Below are positions 18,292 through 28,778 of a DNA stretch of 64,000 bases, one piece after another (within the stretch, counting starts at the first letter, position 1; every line of letters starts with the position of its first letter). The notes beneath the pieces were generated by a model. That model was given only the letters and a program-made list of their open reading frames with translations, had not been told where the DNA came from and made no database searches. Both the position numbers and the translations under genes were made by a program. Source of the DNA: an uncultured Acidimicrobiia bacterium (GTDB lineage: Bacteria; Actinomycetota; Acidimicrobiia; IMCC26256; JAENVU01); NCBI GenBank assembly GCA_963820025.1, contig CAWFYL010000003.1, forward strand, positions 451,647-515,646, given 5' to 3'.

Positions 18292-19440
18292 TCAGGCGCG
18301 CAGGAGGAAGGCAGCGTTGTCGTGGAACAGGCCGGGGGCGCGAGCCGCATCGGTGCCGTACCTCCCGGTGGCCGCGTAGTCGGGGATCGGCGTCGCGGTG
18401 CCCTCCGAGTGGGGGTAGTCGCTGCAGGCCATCAGCAGGTCCGCGCCGCCGAGCTGCTGGCGCAGGTGCTCGGGGAGCTCGTAGGAGAACGACGAGACGC
18501 GCACCTGGCGACGGAAGTACTCGCTCGGGCGTAGCGAGAGCCGCGCGGGGGCGAAGCCGTTGAGCCGGGTGGTGAAGTCCACGCCGCCGTCGAGCATGAG
18601 CAGGTACATCGGCACCCAGATCGCGGAGAGCTCGACGATGCCGAGCCGCAGATCCGGGTGCCGCTCCAGGACGCCGTTGACGATCAGGTCGGTGCACGCG
18701 AGCGCGGCCGCGGTGTAGAGGAAGACCGAGTCGAGCACGGGGACGAACGCGTCCGCCGAGTCGGTGTACCACGCGTCGTCGAACGGGCGGGTCTGGTCGG
18801 CGACATGGAACACCGGGCTGATCCCGTGGTCGACGAACGCGCCCCAGACCCGGTCCAGGTCCGGGTGCGAGAGCGGCTTCCCCTCGACGACCGCCGGAGC
18901 GATCATCGCCACCCGCACGCCCACCCCGGCCAGCGAGCTCAGCTCGGCCTCGACCCACTCGGGGTCGCGCAGCGACAGGTGCGCGACCGGGTGGAGCCGG
19001 CCGCCGCCCTCGCTCACGACGGTCCCGCACCAGCGGTTCCACGCCCGCATGTTCGCGAGCATCGCCGCGGGCGCGGTCGAGAGCGTGCGCTCCCAGAACA
19101 GCCCGTAGTTCGGGAACAGCACCGCCTCGTCGAGACCGAGCCCGGCGAGGCGGTCGCGCCGCGCCGCGGGATCCCAGTGGTCGCGCGGGAGCACGTCGTC
19201 ATAGTGGTGCTCGGCCGGCTCACCTCGACGCACGCGGTTGTGGCGCTCGCCGAGGGTGGCGGTGTCGCCCGGCGTCTGGACCTCGGCCAGCCCGAGCCGC
19301 GCGTCGTGCCACGTCAGCCAGGTGTTGCCCGCCGCGTCGTCGGTGAAGCGGATCGCGTCGTCGCGGTCGGCCGGATCGACGTGCTCCTCCCACAGGCCGC
19401 GGTGCTCCACCAGGTGCTGGTCCGAATCGATGATCGTCAC
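18292..19440 (-). CDS. Amidohydrolase family 2 protein
   Basis: IIDSDQHL, FHVAD, IVELSA and CSDYPHSEG. Confidence 0.85.
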   Translation of the reverse strand: MTIIDSDQHLVEHRGLWEEHVDPADRDDAIRFTDDAAGNTWLTWHDARLGLAEVQTPGDTATLGERHNRVRRGEPAEHHYDDVLPRDHWDPAARRDRLAGLGLDEAVLFPNYGLFWERTLSTAPAAMLANMRAWNRWCGTVVSEGGGRLHPVAHLSLRDPEWVEAELSSLAGVGVRVAMIAPAVVEGKPLSHPDLDRVWGAFVDHGISPVFHVADQTRPFDDAWYTDSADAFVPVLDSVFLYTAAALACTDLIVNGVLERHPDLRLGIVELSAIWVPMYLLMLDGGVDFTTRLNGFAPARLSLRPSEYFRRQVRVSSFSYELPEHLRQQLGGADLLMACSDYPHSEGTATPIPDYAATGRYGTDAARAPGLFHDNAAFLLRA

Positions 19441-19471
19441 GAGGTCCCCCCTCCGTGCCCGGTCGGTTCGC

Positions 19472-21760
19472 TCACTGCTCCGACATGATGGCCTCGAACT
19501 CGGCCTCAGGGTCGCGGTGGCCCTCGCCGTCGACCTCGACCACGACGCGGTGGAGCGTCCCGGTGAAGCGGAACGGCGCGGCATAGCCCTCGCCGACCGG
19601 CGGCCCCTGCTCCCAGCCACACGTGAGCCCCGCGCCGCTGATCGAGTACCGCACCGGCGTGGTGGTGGCGATCTCGCCCTCACCGACCACCGCCCCGTCG
19701 ACGAGCAGCCGGCCGACCCCGCTGAAGTCCCCCCGGCTCTCGAACGCGAGCTGCAGCTCGTGGCGGCCGGGCGGCACCACGGTGTCCGACGTGACCGTGT
19801 AGCGCTCCTTGCCCACGAAGTTGTGGACGTATCGGAGCATCCCGTCGACCACGTGCAGCGACCAGCCGCCGAGCACGGTTCCCATCGTGAGCAGGACCCC
19901 CTCGGGCACGACGCCCTCGGGCACGACGACCTCGGCGGTGATCGTGTGGTTGCGGTTGCGGACGTTCACCGTGACGTTCTCGGGGATCGGCGCCCCGTGC
20001 GGCCAGAAGACGTACCGAGCGCGGTCGTCGAACGGGCGGCGCGGCGCGAGCAGGGCTGCGATCGGGCGGTTGTCGAGCGGGAGCACCTGGTAGCGGCGCG
20101 CCTCGTCCCACCAGCGGTCGACCATCTCGGCGAGCCGCTCGGGCTCCTCGGCCGCGAGGTCGTGGCACTCCGAGAAGTCCTCGGCCACGTGGTAGAGCTC
20201 CCACACGTCGTCCTCGAACGGCGCGTCGGGGTCGATGCCGTCGCCGTACATCTGCCCGAGCGGCTTGAACGTCACGGCCTTCCACCCCTCGTGGTAGAGC
20301 CCGCGGCTGCCGAGCATCTCGAAGTACTGCGTGGTGTGGTGCTCGGGCGCGTCCGCCGCATGCAACATCGCGGCGAAGCTGCTGCCCTCGATCGGGCTCT
20401 GGCGGACGGCGCGCAGCTCCTCCGGTGGGTCCGCGCCGATCAGGTCGAGCACGGTGGGCAGCACGTCGATCGCGTGCGCGAACTGGTGACGGATCTCACC
20501 GCGAGCCTCGATGCCGCGCGGCCAGGCCACGATGCAGGGGTCCGCGACGCCGCCTTCGTGCACCTCGCGCTTCCAGCGCCGGAACGGCGTGTTCCCTGCC
20601 ATCGTCCAGCCCCACGGGTAGTTGTTGTGCGCGGTCGGCGTGCCCAGCTCCTCGATCCGCTCCCGCAGCTCCCGGCGGCCGGCCGGGTTCCCGTTCCAGA
20701 GCCGCGCGTCGTTGATCGAGCCGCGCTCGCCTCCCTCGGCGCTTGCACCGTTGTCCGACACCAGCACGACGATGGTGTCGTCGCGCTCACCCAGCTCGTC
20801 GAGGAACGCGAGCACCCGCCCGATCTGCGCATCGGCGTGCGAGAGGAACCCCGCGAAGCACTCCATGAAGCGGGCCGCGACGGCGCGGTCCTCGGGCTCG
20901 AGGTCTTGCCAGCTCGGGACCCACGGCGGCCGGGGCGACAGCTCGGTGCCCTCGGGCAGCAGCCCCATCGCCTGCTGGCGGGCGAAGGTGGCCTCCCGCC
21001 ACGCGTCCCATCCGCCGTCGAACTGGCCGCGGTAGCGCTCGATCCACTCGGGCGGTGCCTGGTGCGGTGAGTGGCAGGCGCCGGTGGCGAAGTACAGGAA
21101 GAACGGCTGGTCGGGCTCCACCGCCCGGATCTCGCCGAGGTACTGGATCGCCCGGTCCGCGAGGTCCTCGCTCAGGTGGTACCCCTGCTCGGGCGAGCGC
21201 GGCGGGAGCACCGCGGTGTTGTCCTGGAACAGGTTCGGCACGAACTGGTGCGTCTCGCCGCCGTGGAACCCGTACCAGCGCTGGAACCCGCGGCCGACCG
21301 GCCAGCTGTCACGCGGCGCCGCGGCGTGGGTCTCGTCCTCGGGCGTCAGGTGCCACTTCCCGACCGCGACCGGCGCGTACCCGTTCGCGGCGAGCGTCTC
21401 GGACAGGAAGCCGTTGCGGCGCGGGATGCGACCCCAGTAGCCGGGATAGCCGACCGCGAGGTCGGCGACGCGCGCCATCGCGTTGGAGTGGTGGTTGCGC
21501 CCGGTGAGCAGGCACGACCGGGTCGGAGAGCACAGCGCGGTGGTGTGGAAGTTGGCCAGGCGGACCCCGCCCGCCGCGAGCGCGTCGATGTTCGGCGTCG
21601 CGATGTCCGAGCCGTAGCACCCGAGCTGCGCGTACCCGACGTCGTCGAGCACAGCGAGCACGACGTTCGGGGCGCCGGACGGCGCTTGCGGGTCCGGCGG
21701 CCACCACGGCGTCGACTCGCGCCAGCTCGGCCCGATCACCCCACCGAATGCATCAGCCAT
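19472..21760 (-). CDS. Arylsulfatase (long AtsA-like, Cys-type)
   Basis: LDDVG, CSPTRSCLLTGRNHH (CxPxR), GKWHL and SDNGAS; C-terminal laminin-G-like extension. Confidence 0.9.
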   Translation of the reverse strand: MADAFGGVIGPSWRESTPWWPPDPQAPSGAPNVVLAVLDDVGYAQLGCYGSDIATPNIDALAAGGVRLANFHTTALCSPTRSCLLTGRNHHSNAMARVADLAVGYPGYWGRIPRRNGFLSETLAANGYAPVAVGKWHLTPEDETHAAAPRDSWPVGRGFQRWYGFHGGETHQFVPNLFQDNTAVLPPRSPEQGYHLSEDLADRAIQYLGEIRAVEPDQPFFLYFATGACHSPHQAPPEWIERYRGQFDGGWDAWREATFARQQAMGLLPEGTELSPRPPWVPSWQDLEPEDRAVAARFMECFAGFLSHADAQIGRVLAFLDELGERDDTIVVLVSDNGASAEGGERGSINDARLWNGNPAGRRELRERIEELGTPTAHNNYPWGWTMAGNTPFRRWKREVHEGGVADPCIVAWPRGIEARGEIRHQFAHAIDVLPTVLDLIGADPPEELRAVRQSPIEGSSFAAMLHAADAPEHHTTQYFEMLGSRGLYHEGWKAVTFKPLGQMYGDGIDPDAPFEDDVWELYHVAEDFSECHDLAAEEPERLAEMVDRWWDEARRYQVLPLDNRPIAALLAPRRPFDDRARYVFWPHGAPIPENVTVNVRNRNHTITAEVVVPEGVVPEGVLLTMGTVLGGWSLHVVDGMLRYVHNFVGKERYTVTSDTVVPPGRHELQLAFESRGDFSGVGRLLVDGAVVGEGEIATTTPVRYSISGAGLTCGWEQGPPVGEGYAAPFRFTGTLHRVVVEVDGEGHRDPEAEFEAIMSEQ

Positions 21761-21828
21761 GGCGGCAGTCTGCCGCGCCGGCGCGCCCCCCGTCCCTTCC
21801 GGTCCCGGTGCGCGAGGTCCGGCGAGGG

Positions 21829-23580
21829 TCAGGCGGGAGCAGGACGGGTGCCGCGCAAGAGGCCACCCGGGAGCGCGCCCGTCGGCTCGCCGTCCTCGAA
21901 CGTCACGACGCCACCCTTGACGGTCATGCGGTAGCCGACTGCCTCCTGCATCAGGCGCCGCCCGCCCGCGGGCAGGTCGTACACCAGATGCGGGGGCCGG
22001 CACCCGAGGGCGTCGAAGTCGATGACGTTCAGGTCGGCGAGGTAGCCGGGCGCGACGACCCCGCGGTCCAGCCAGCCGACGTGGCGCGCGGTGCGCTGCG
22101 TCTGCTGGTGGACGACCTGCTCGACCGGCAGCCGGGCGCCGCGCTTGCGGTCCCGCGCCCACACCACGAGCGACGACGTCGTCATGCTGGCGTCGCAGAT
22201 CGCTCCGCAGTGTGCGCCGGCGTCCGAGAGGCCGAACAGGGCGAACGGGGTCGAGATCATCTCGTAGATGTCGTCGAAGCTGCCGTGGGCGAAGTTGAAC
22301 AGCGGGAGGTAGAGCAGCTGGTGACCGTGGCGCTCGAGCAGCGCGTCGTAGACCATCGCCGCGGGATCCGCACCCGCGGCCCGGGCGCGGGCGCCGAACG
22401 ACCAGTCCGCGTCGAGCTCGTAATCGACCGGGTCGGTGAGCGGGAACATCACGTCGAAGCCACCGGAGATCTGCTTGAAGAGGCCGTCGGACAGCCCCCC
22501 GATCAGCGCCGCGTGCTCCTCGAGGATCCGGCGCCGGCGCTCCGGATCGCGCAACGCGACCACGCGCTCGGTCAGCGGGAGCCGGGCGACCTCGTCGAAG
22601 CTCGCGGTGAACAGGAAGGGGTTGGCGGTCGCTTCGAGGCCGAGCAGGACACCGATGGGCCGGGGCGCGACCTGCGGCTTGACGTCCAGCCCGTCGGCGC
22701 GCATGCCCTCGACCCGGTCGAAGATCTTCCGCCAGCGGTCGGGCGAGTGGTACGCCTGCTGGACGGTGAACGACAGCGGGCGCTTCGACGTGCGCGCGAA
22801 CGCCTCGATGAGCCCCAGCTCGGATTCGGCGAACTCGTCGTCGGCGGTCTGGTAGCAGTCCGAGATCAGTTGCGTCACCCCGTGATCGGACCGTGAGAGC
22901 ACGTCGGCGATCGCGAGGAGCTCGCGCTCGCTCGCCGAGAGCGTCCCGATGTTCGCTCCGTCCTTGGTGCGGTGCACCTCGGTGCGCGAGGTCGCGAAGC
23001 CGATCGCTCCGGCGTCGAGCGCCTCGCCGACGAGCGCGGCGAGTCGCGCCAGCTCGTCGTCGGTCGGGGCTTCGGTGTGGTCGGCGCCGCGATCGCCCAT
23101 CACGTAGGTGCGGAGCGCGGCGTGGGGGATGTGCGCGCCCAGGTCGAGGGTGTGCGGCCTGGCGTCGAGCGCGTCGAGGTACTCGGGGAACGTCTCCCAG
23201 TCCCACGTGAGGCCCTCGGCCAGCGCGGTGCCCGGGATGTCCTCCACTCCTTCGAGCAGGCCGATCAGCCAGGCGTGGCGGTCGGGCCGGGCCGGCGCGA
23301 AGCCCACGCCACAGTTGCCCATCGCGATCGTGGTGACGCCGTGGATGGACGACGGCGCGACGATCGGGTCCCAGGTGACCTGGCCGTCGAAGTGGGTGTG
23401 GATGTCGACGAACCCCGGCGTGACCATGAGGCCGTCTGCGTCGACCTCCCGGGTGCCGCGCTCATCGACCTCACCCACCGCGGTGATGATCGACCCGGTC
23501 ACCGCGACGTCGCCCCGCGTCGGCGGGGTGCCGGTCCCGTCGACGATCGTCGCGTTCCGGATCACGAGGTCCTGGCTCAT
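21829..23580 (-). CDS. N-acyl-D-amino-acid deacylase family amidohydrolase
   Basis: PGFVDIHTHFD, GNCGVGFAP, SDAGAH and GYLADLNV. Confidence 0.85.
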   Translation of the reverse strand: MSQDLVIRNATIVDGTGTPPTRGDVAVTGSIITAVGEVDERGTREVDADGLMVTPGFVDIHTHFDGQVTWDPIVAPSSIHGVTTIAMGNCGVGFAPARPDRHAWLIGLLEGVEDIPGTALAEGLTWDWETFPEYLDALDARPHTLDLGAHIPHAALRTYVMGDRGADHTEAPTDDELARLAALVGEALDAGAIGFATSRTEVHRTKDGANIGTLSASERELLAIADVLSRSDHGVTQLISDCYQTADDEFAESELGLIEAFARTSKRPLSFTVQQAYHSPDRWRKIFDRVEGMRADGLDVKPQVAPRPIGVLLGLEATANPFLFTASFDEVARLPLTERVVALRDPERRRRILEEHAALIGGLSDGLFKQISGGFDVMFPLTDPVDYELDADWSFGARARAAGADPAAMVYDALLERHGHQLLYLPLFNFAHGSFDDIYEMISTPFALFGLSDAGAHCGAICDASMTTSSLVVWARDRKRGARLPVEQVVHQQTQRTARHVGWLDRGVVAPGYLADLNVIDFDALGCRPPHLVYDLPAGGRRLMQEAVGYRMTVKGGVVTFEDGEPTGALPGGLLRGTRPAPA

Positions 23581-23649
23581 GCCCTCCACGCTGCCACACC
23601 ACCGTGACACCGTGAATAGGGTGCGGTCCACGACGACGGGGGGAACGGC

Positions 23650-24702
23650 ATGACCTATCGGGTGATCCAGTGGGCCACGGGCCTCGTGGGCCAGGAGGCG
23701 ATCAAGGGCGTGGTCGCCCACCCCGAGCTCGAGCTCGTGGGCGCCTGGGTGCACAGCCCGGAGAAGGTCGGACGGGACGTCGGCGAGCTCTGCGGCATCG
23801 AGCCGCTCGGGGTCACCGCGTCGGGCGACCTCGAGGAGATCTGCGCGATCGACGCGGACTGCGTCGTGTACGCGCCGGTCCTGGCGAGCACCCGCACCGT
23901 GGTCCGGCTGCTGGAGTCGGGCAAGAACGTCGTCACCCCGGTCGGCTGGATCTACCCGACGGAGTCACCGAAGCTCGCGCAGGTCGAGGACGCATGCCGC
24001 CGCGGCGGTACGACGATGCACGGGACGGGCATCAACCCGGGCGGCATCACCGAGCGGTTCCCGCTGATGCTCTCCGCGATGTGCCGGGACATCCGCCACG
24101 TCCGCATGGAGGAGTTCTCCGACATCCGCAACTACCCGACCGAGTCGGTGGTGCGCGAGGTGATGCTGTTCGGCACGCCGCCCGAGCAGGCGGCGACCAG
24201 CCCGATGCCCGCGGTCCTCGGCGACGGCTTCACCCAGTCGATCGACATGGTCGCGGCCGCGCTCGGGTGGACGCTCGACCCGGAGAAGCGCACGACCCAC
24301 GAGATGGCGGTCGCGACCCGCCCGCTCGACACACCCGTCGGGGTGCTCGGCGAGGGGACCGTCGCCGCGCAGCGGTTCACCTGGGAGGGGCTCGTCGACG
24401 GGGACCCGGTGATCACGGTCCGGGTCAACTGGCTGATGGGGGAGGAGCACCTCGAGCCGGCGTGGCGGCTCGACGGCCAGCGCTTCGAGGTCGAGTTCGA
24501 CGCGGAGCCGCCCGTCGCGGTGAGCTTCCACGGCCTCCACCCTCCGGTCGTGGGTGAGCACCCCGAGATCGGGCTGATCGCCCCGGCGATGCACTGTGTG
24601 AACGCGATCCCCTACGTCTGCGAGGCCGAGCCGGGGGTCAAGACCTACCTCGACCTGCCGTTGCTCGCCGGGCGTGGCGCGTCAGGTCGGGTCGACGAAT
24701 GA
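23650..24702 (+). CDS. Dihydrodipicolinate-reductase-like NAD(P)-dependent oxidoreductase (amine dehydrogenase-like family)
   Basis: IQWATGLVG Rossmann start, GTGINPG and NAIPYVCEAEPG..TYLDLP. Confidence 0.75.
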   Translation: MTYRVIQWATGLVGQEAIKGVVAHPELELVGAWVHSPEKVGRDVGELCGIEPLGVTASGDLEEICAIDADCVVYAPVLASTRTVVRLLESGKNVVTPVGWIYPTESPKLAQVEDACRRGGTTMHGTGINPGGITERFPLMLSAMCRDIRHVRMEEFSDIRNYPTESVVREVMLFGTPPEQAATSPMPAVLGDGFTQSIDMVAAALGWTLDPEKRTTHEMAVATRPLDTPVGVLGEGTVAAQRFTWEGLVDGDPVITVRVNWLMGEEHLEPAWRLDGQRFEVEFDAEPPVAVSFHGLHPPVVGEHPEIGLIAPAMHCVNAIPYVCEAEPGVKTYLDLPLLAGRGASGRVDE

Positions 24703-25419
24703 CGTGCTGAAGAACCGCAGGTCCTTCTCGTCGAACAGCGTCGGGATCACGGAGCCGTCGGAGCGTCGCCGGAGCCGGTAGCGGGACGTGTCATCGACCT
24801 GGATGACCTCGCACACCTCGAAGCCGGTGACCCAGCGATCGCCGAACCGGCAGCGCACCTCGACGCCGTCCGGCCGGACCCGGCGGCCGATGCGCGGGGG
24901 CGCCGGCTCGGGCGCCGCGTCGATGGCCTCGAGGTCGATCTCACGATCGGGTTCGGCGTCGACCAGGTCCGCCCGGGTGAAGATCGCGTCGGACGGCGTC
25001 GGCGTCGGCTCCACGGTCCCGCCGACGACGGTCGCGTGCCCGCCACCCGGGGGGAGCGCGAACGATCCGGCGCGGGCCACGGCGGTGGTCAGGCGGCTGA
25101 TCGCATCGGTGAGCGCGCGCTGGTCGACGCGATCGAGATGGACTCGCTCGGCCAGCGACTCGCAGGTCGTGCCGACCCGCTCGAGCGCGTGGACGAGCTC
25201 GGAGTCGCGGCCGGCGATCGTCTCACGCACGCCCTGGATGCCGGCGACGAGCGCCCTCGGCTCTCCCATCCGGTGCTCGATCTCGCTGCGGACCCGGCCC
25301 GAGAGCACCGCCGCAGTGTCGGTCATCGCCGACTGGACCTCTTCACGGAGCGACGCGAGCTCGCTCCGCACGAGCTCGATCAGCTCGGCTTCCGCCTTGC
25401 GCCTGCGTCGCAGCCCCAC
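24682..25419 (-). CDS. Hypothetical protein: N-terminal coiled coil, linker, C-terminal SH3/Tudor-like domain
   Basis: C-terminal VEVRCRFGDRWVTGFEV..YRLRRRSDGSVIP matches ORF 2-214. Confidence 0.65.
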   Translation of the reverse strand: MGLRRRRKAEAELIELVRSELASLREEVQSAMTDTAAVLSGRVRSEIEHRMGEPRALVAGIQGVRETIAGRDSELVHALERVGTTCESLAERVHLDRVDQRALTDAISRLTTAVARAGSFALPPGGGHATVVGGTVEPTPTPSDAIFTRADLVDAEPDREIDLEAIDAAPEPAPPRIGRRVRPDGVEVRCRFGDRWVTGFEVCEVIQVDDTSRYRLRRRSDGSVIPTLFDEKDLRFFSTSFVDPT

Positions 25420-25634
25420 GCTCGACTACCTCGCATCCACGCCCGGGAGGAATGCACTGTTGCCCACGGCGCAGGAGCGTAGGTCCGCGTCGCCGAAGTT
25501 CGGTGGATGCGCCGACTGACGTCGCGCGACCCGACGACGGAGCCGTCCGGGTCCGCGCGGCTGGTCCCGACCGGTCCGGCGGTGAGTCCGGCCGGCCGGC
25601 CGCGATGGTCGCGACGAGGTCGACGACCGAGCGC

Positions 25635-26258
25635 TCAGCGGGCGCGCTCGCCGCGGAGCAGGGCCAGGCTGCGCCACTTCCAGATGCAGTCGACGTTCGT
25701 GAGCCCCGCCTCCTCGATCCACGCGAGCTGGCTGGCCATGTCGCACAGGACGTCGGCAGGGTCGTCGCGGGCGCCCATCTCGTCCCGCCACCGGTCGTGC
25801 AGCGCGGGGGTGGGGCTGGCCACGATCTCGAGGTTCGCGAACACACCGCCGGGGGCGAGCATCGCCGCGACCTCGGCATAGAGCGCGCGCTTGCGCTCGT
25901 CGCTGACGTGATGCACGGCGAGCGACGTGACCACGGCGTCGAACGGTCCCTCGACGGGAAAGGGTGCGGCGAAGTCGTGCGCCGTGATCGTGACCCGGTC
26001 GTCGCCGGCGAAGCGATCCCGCGCGGCGGCCAGCATCGGCTCCGACATGTCGACGCACGTGGCCGTCGACCCCGGGTACGCCGCGAGCACGAGTGCGGTC
26101 AGCCGGCCGTCGCCGCAGCCGAGGTCGAGCACGCGTCCGGGAAGCGCCCCGTCGAGGTCGCGCACGAGCACCCCTTCACCCTCGCTGCGGTGGGGGAGCC
26201 GGTCGGCCCGGACCAGGTACTCGGTGGCCTTGTCGAGATCGGTCCACGAGTTCGGCAT
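25635..26258 (-). CDS. Class I SAM-dependent methyltransferase
   Basis: VLDLGCGDG and FDAVVTSLAVHH. Confidence 0.88.
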   Translation of the reverse strand: MPNSWTDLDKATEYLVRADRLPHRSEGEGVLVRDLDGALPGRVLDLGCGDGRLTALVLAAYPGSTATCVDMSEPMLAAARDRFAGDDRVTITAHDFAAPFPVEGPFDAVVTSLAVHHVSDERKRALYAEVAAMLAPGGVFANLEIVASPTPALHDRWRDEMGARDDPADVLCDMASQLAWIEEAGLTNVDCIWKWRSLALLRGERAR

Positions 26259-26312
26259 GCGCGCAGTATGCCGCCGCGCCGCGGACCCGGCCCGATCGAG
26301 GCACCCGCCTGC

Positions 26313-26360
26313 TTTCGTTGCGACTTCCTCCCCCTCTGGGGGGTGCAGCCCGCACCGAAA
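26313..26360. repeat. 48-bp REP-like palindrome (diverged TTTCGG family)
   Basis: TTTCGTTGCG...CGCACCGAAA followed by CGAGC, the reverse complement of the GCTCG flank of the other copies. Confidence 0.55.
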
Positions 26361-26378
26361 CGAGCCTGGTTCGTCGCG

Positions 26379-27837
26379 TCAGCCGGGGATCGAGGAGGTG
26401 CGGGCCGCGGCCGAGAGCTTGCGCGCGTCGGCTGGGAGGACGAAGCCCTTGGCGACCGCCTCGTTCGTCGCGTGGTGCCAGCGGCGCAGGAAGCGGTGGT
26501 GGTCCTGGTAGAGCGCGGCGAGCTTCGCGGCGCTGAACGGCGTCGTCGTCCCGACCAGCCGGCAGAGCAGCCCCGGACCGGACTGTCCCGCGTTGGTGAT
26601 CGTCGCCACCGGCGCATCGACCTCCGGGGTCCGGATCCCGCCGAGCACGTTGCCGTTCGCGTCGCTGCGCGTACGTCGTCGGCGAGAACGAGGTCACCTC
26701 GAGCCGCTTCGCCTTCGGCGGCTGGATCCCCCACCGGACCCATCGGGTCAGGCGCCGGAAGGCGCTCTGCACGATCAGGTAGCTCGGCCCGGTGTTGATC
26801 GGGACGGCACAGCCGATCGACGGAGGGTGCTGCATCGCGTCGAACAGCGCGCGGTCGGCCTGGCCGTCACCCACGTCGTTGAGCCCGACGCCGACGGTGT
26901 ACGCGTCGACGTGGGAGGTGCCCGCCATCTCCCAGAGTCGGAACGTCCGCGAGTCGTCCTGACGCGCGCCCTGGTTCACGTCGGTCTCGGACTGCAGGAC
27001 GATGACCGGCGCGGGGTTGTCGGTGCGGATCATGACCGCGGACGGCGTCGCGACGGAGGGGAGGGGGTCCTGCGACAGCGGCGCACCGCCCGACCCGCGG
27101 CTGTGGACGAGGAACCCGTCGAACGCGTGCGTGACGGGTTGGATCGCGTCGATGTAGGTGACCATGCGCGAGGCGGACTGCGACTCGCCATCCGCGAGGA
27201 GGCGCGTCGGACGGAGGCCACCGAGCACCGTGGCGGCGTCGTGGCGGATCGCCCCGCCGGCCTGGGTGAACATGTCGTAGGAGTAGCTGTCGCCCGGGTG
27301 CGAGAGCGACGCGTAGCGGACCGGGTCCGCGGCCTTCGCCGCGTTGAGCCCGATGGTCTGGGCGGACACCCCGACCCAGGCGTAGCCGCGACGGATCAGC
27401 TCGTTGTGCCCGAAGCCCCAGTCGACGCCGACATCGGACCCGATCGACACGTTGAGCCACTCGACGACGACGGTCCCGTTGAACTTCCTGGGATCGGTGG
27501 GCCGGTTCACGATCATGCGGGTCGTGAACGGCGCCTGCGAGCTCGGGGTGACCGACCATCGGCCGTCGCCGCCGAGCGCCGCGGTCGGGGTGTACGCGTT
27601 CGCGGTGCCGGAGAGGAAGAACTCCGACTGCTCGTACCCGACGCGCGAGAGATCGAACAGGGTCGTGAGCGCGACCGGCGTGCCATTGCCGCCCGTCACC
27701 GGACCGGACACGGCGGTCACCGGGACGGCCGACGCCGCCGGGACCGTCGTGAGCGCCAGCGCCGCCGCGAGCAGGCCCGTGATCGCCGCGCCCACCCGCG
27801 CCCGCGTCCCGACCGAATTGTGCCCAGTCCGCGCCAT
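26379..27837 (-). CDS. Secreted alpha/beta-hydrolase-domain protein (frameshift near 26666)
   Basis: Signal peptide, VVEWLNVS, GESQSA, GTSHVD, then DANGNVLGGIRTP in a second frame. Confidence 0.75.
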
Positions 27838-27920
27838 GTCGCTCCCCCCGGGTGGTCGTCCGGACTGCAACCTTGCCCGCCGGCTCCGCGACGTCAAACG
27901 CCCGATGCGTCCCCGGCTCG

Positions 27921-27968
27921 TTTCGGCGTGATTTCGCGTCGCCATAGCAACGCGAACTCACGCCGAAA
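27921..27968. repeat. 48-bp REP-like palindrome
   Basis: TTTCGGCGTGATTTCGCGT...ACGCGAACTCACGCCGAAA; near-identical copy at 59863-59910. Confidence 0.8.
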
Positions 27969-27982
27969 GGGCCGCGGCGGAT

Positions 27983-28771
27983 CTAGAGGGGGGTGAAGGG
28001 GATGGTGAACGACGGGGACTCGACGCCGCCGTCGATCTCGAACACCTTGCCGGTCACCCATGACGCGGCATCCGAGGCCAGGTAGAGGACACAGGCCGCG
28101 ATGTCCTCCGGCTGGCCGACCCGGTGCATCGGGGTGTTGTCCTCCAGCTGGCGCCGGACGCCGTCGTCGGTGAGGACGTGCGAGAGCGCCTGGGTCTCGA
28201 CCCCGCCCACCTCGATCGCGTTCACCCGCACCTTCGGCGCGAGCTCCGGTGCCATCGCTCGGGTCATCATCGAGAGCGCGGCCTTGGCCGTCGCGTACGC
28301 GACGAAGCACGGCTGCACCATGCTCGCCGCGCGTGACGAGATGTTGACGACGCTCCCGGCTCCGGCCGCCACCATGTGGGGCACGCAGAGCTGGGTGAGC
28401 GTGAACGCGGCGAGGACGTTGAACTTGAACGCGGCCTCGACCGACCGCGCGCTGGTCTGGGGGAGCGGTCGGGGGTCCCACCCCCCGGCGTTGTTGACCA
28501 GGACGTCCACCCGGTCGAGCGCGTTCACGGTCGAGTCGACGAGCGCGGCGAGCTGGTCGGTCTCGGTCACGTCGGTCGGGGCGACGACGGCCCGTCGCCC
28601 GAGGGCCCGGATCTTCTCGGCGACGACCTCCAGGTCGGCCTGCGTGCGCGACGCGAGCGCGACATCCGCTCCGGCCTCCGCGAGTGCGAGCGCGCAACCC
28701 GCGCCGATGCCCTGCCCGGCGCCGGTGACGATCGCGACGCGCCCGTCGAGGTCGAACCGGTCCAGGATCAC
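27983..28771 (-). CDS. Short-chain dehydrogenase/reductase (hydroxysteroid-dehydrogenase-like)
   Basis: TGAGQGIG, NNAGG and YATAK. Confidence 0.88.
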   Translation of the reverse strand: MILDRFDLDGRVAIVTGAGQGIGAGCALALAEAGADVALASRTQADLEVVAEKIRALGRRAVVAPTDVTETDQLAALVDSTVNALDRVDVLVNNAGGWDPRPLPQTSARSVEAAFKFNVLAAFTLTQLCVPHMVAAGAGSVVNISSRAASMVQPCFVAYATAKAALSMMTRAMAPELAPKVRVNAIEVGGVETQALSHVLTDDGVRRQLEDNTPMHRVGQPEDIAACVLYLASDAASWVTGKVFEIDGGVESPSFTIPFTPL

Positions 28772-28778
28772 CGCGGCC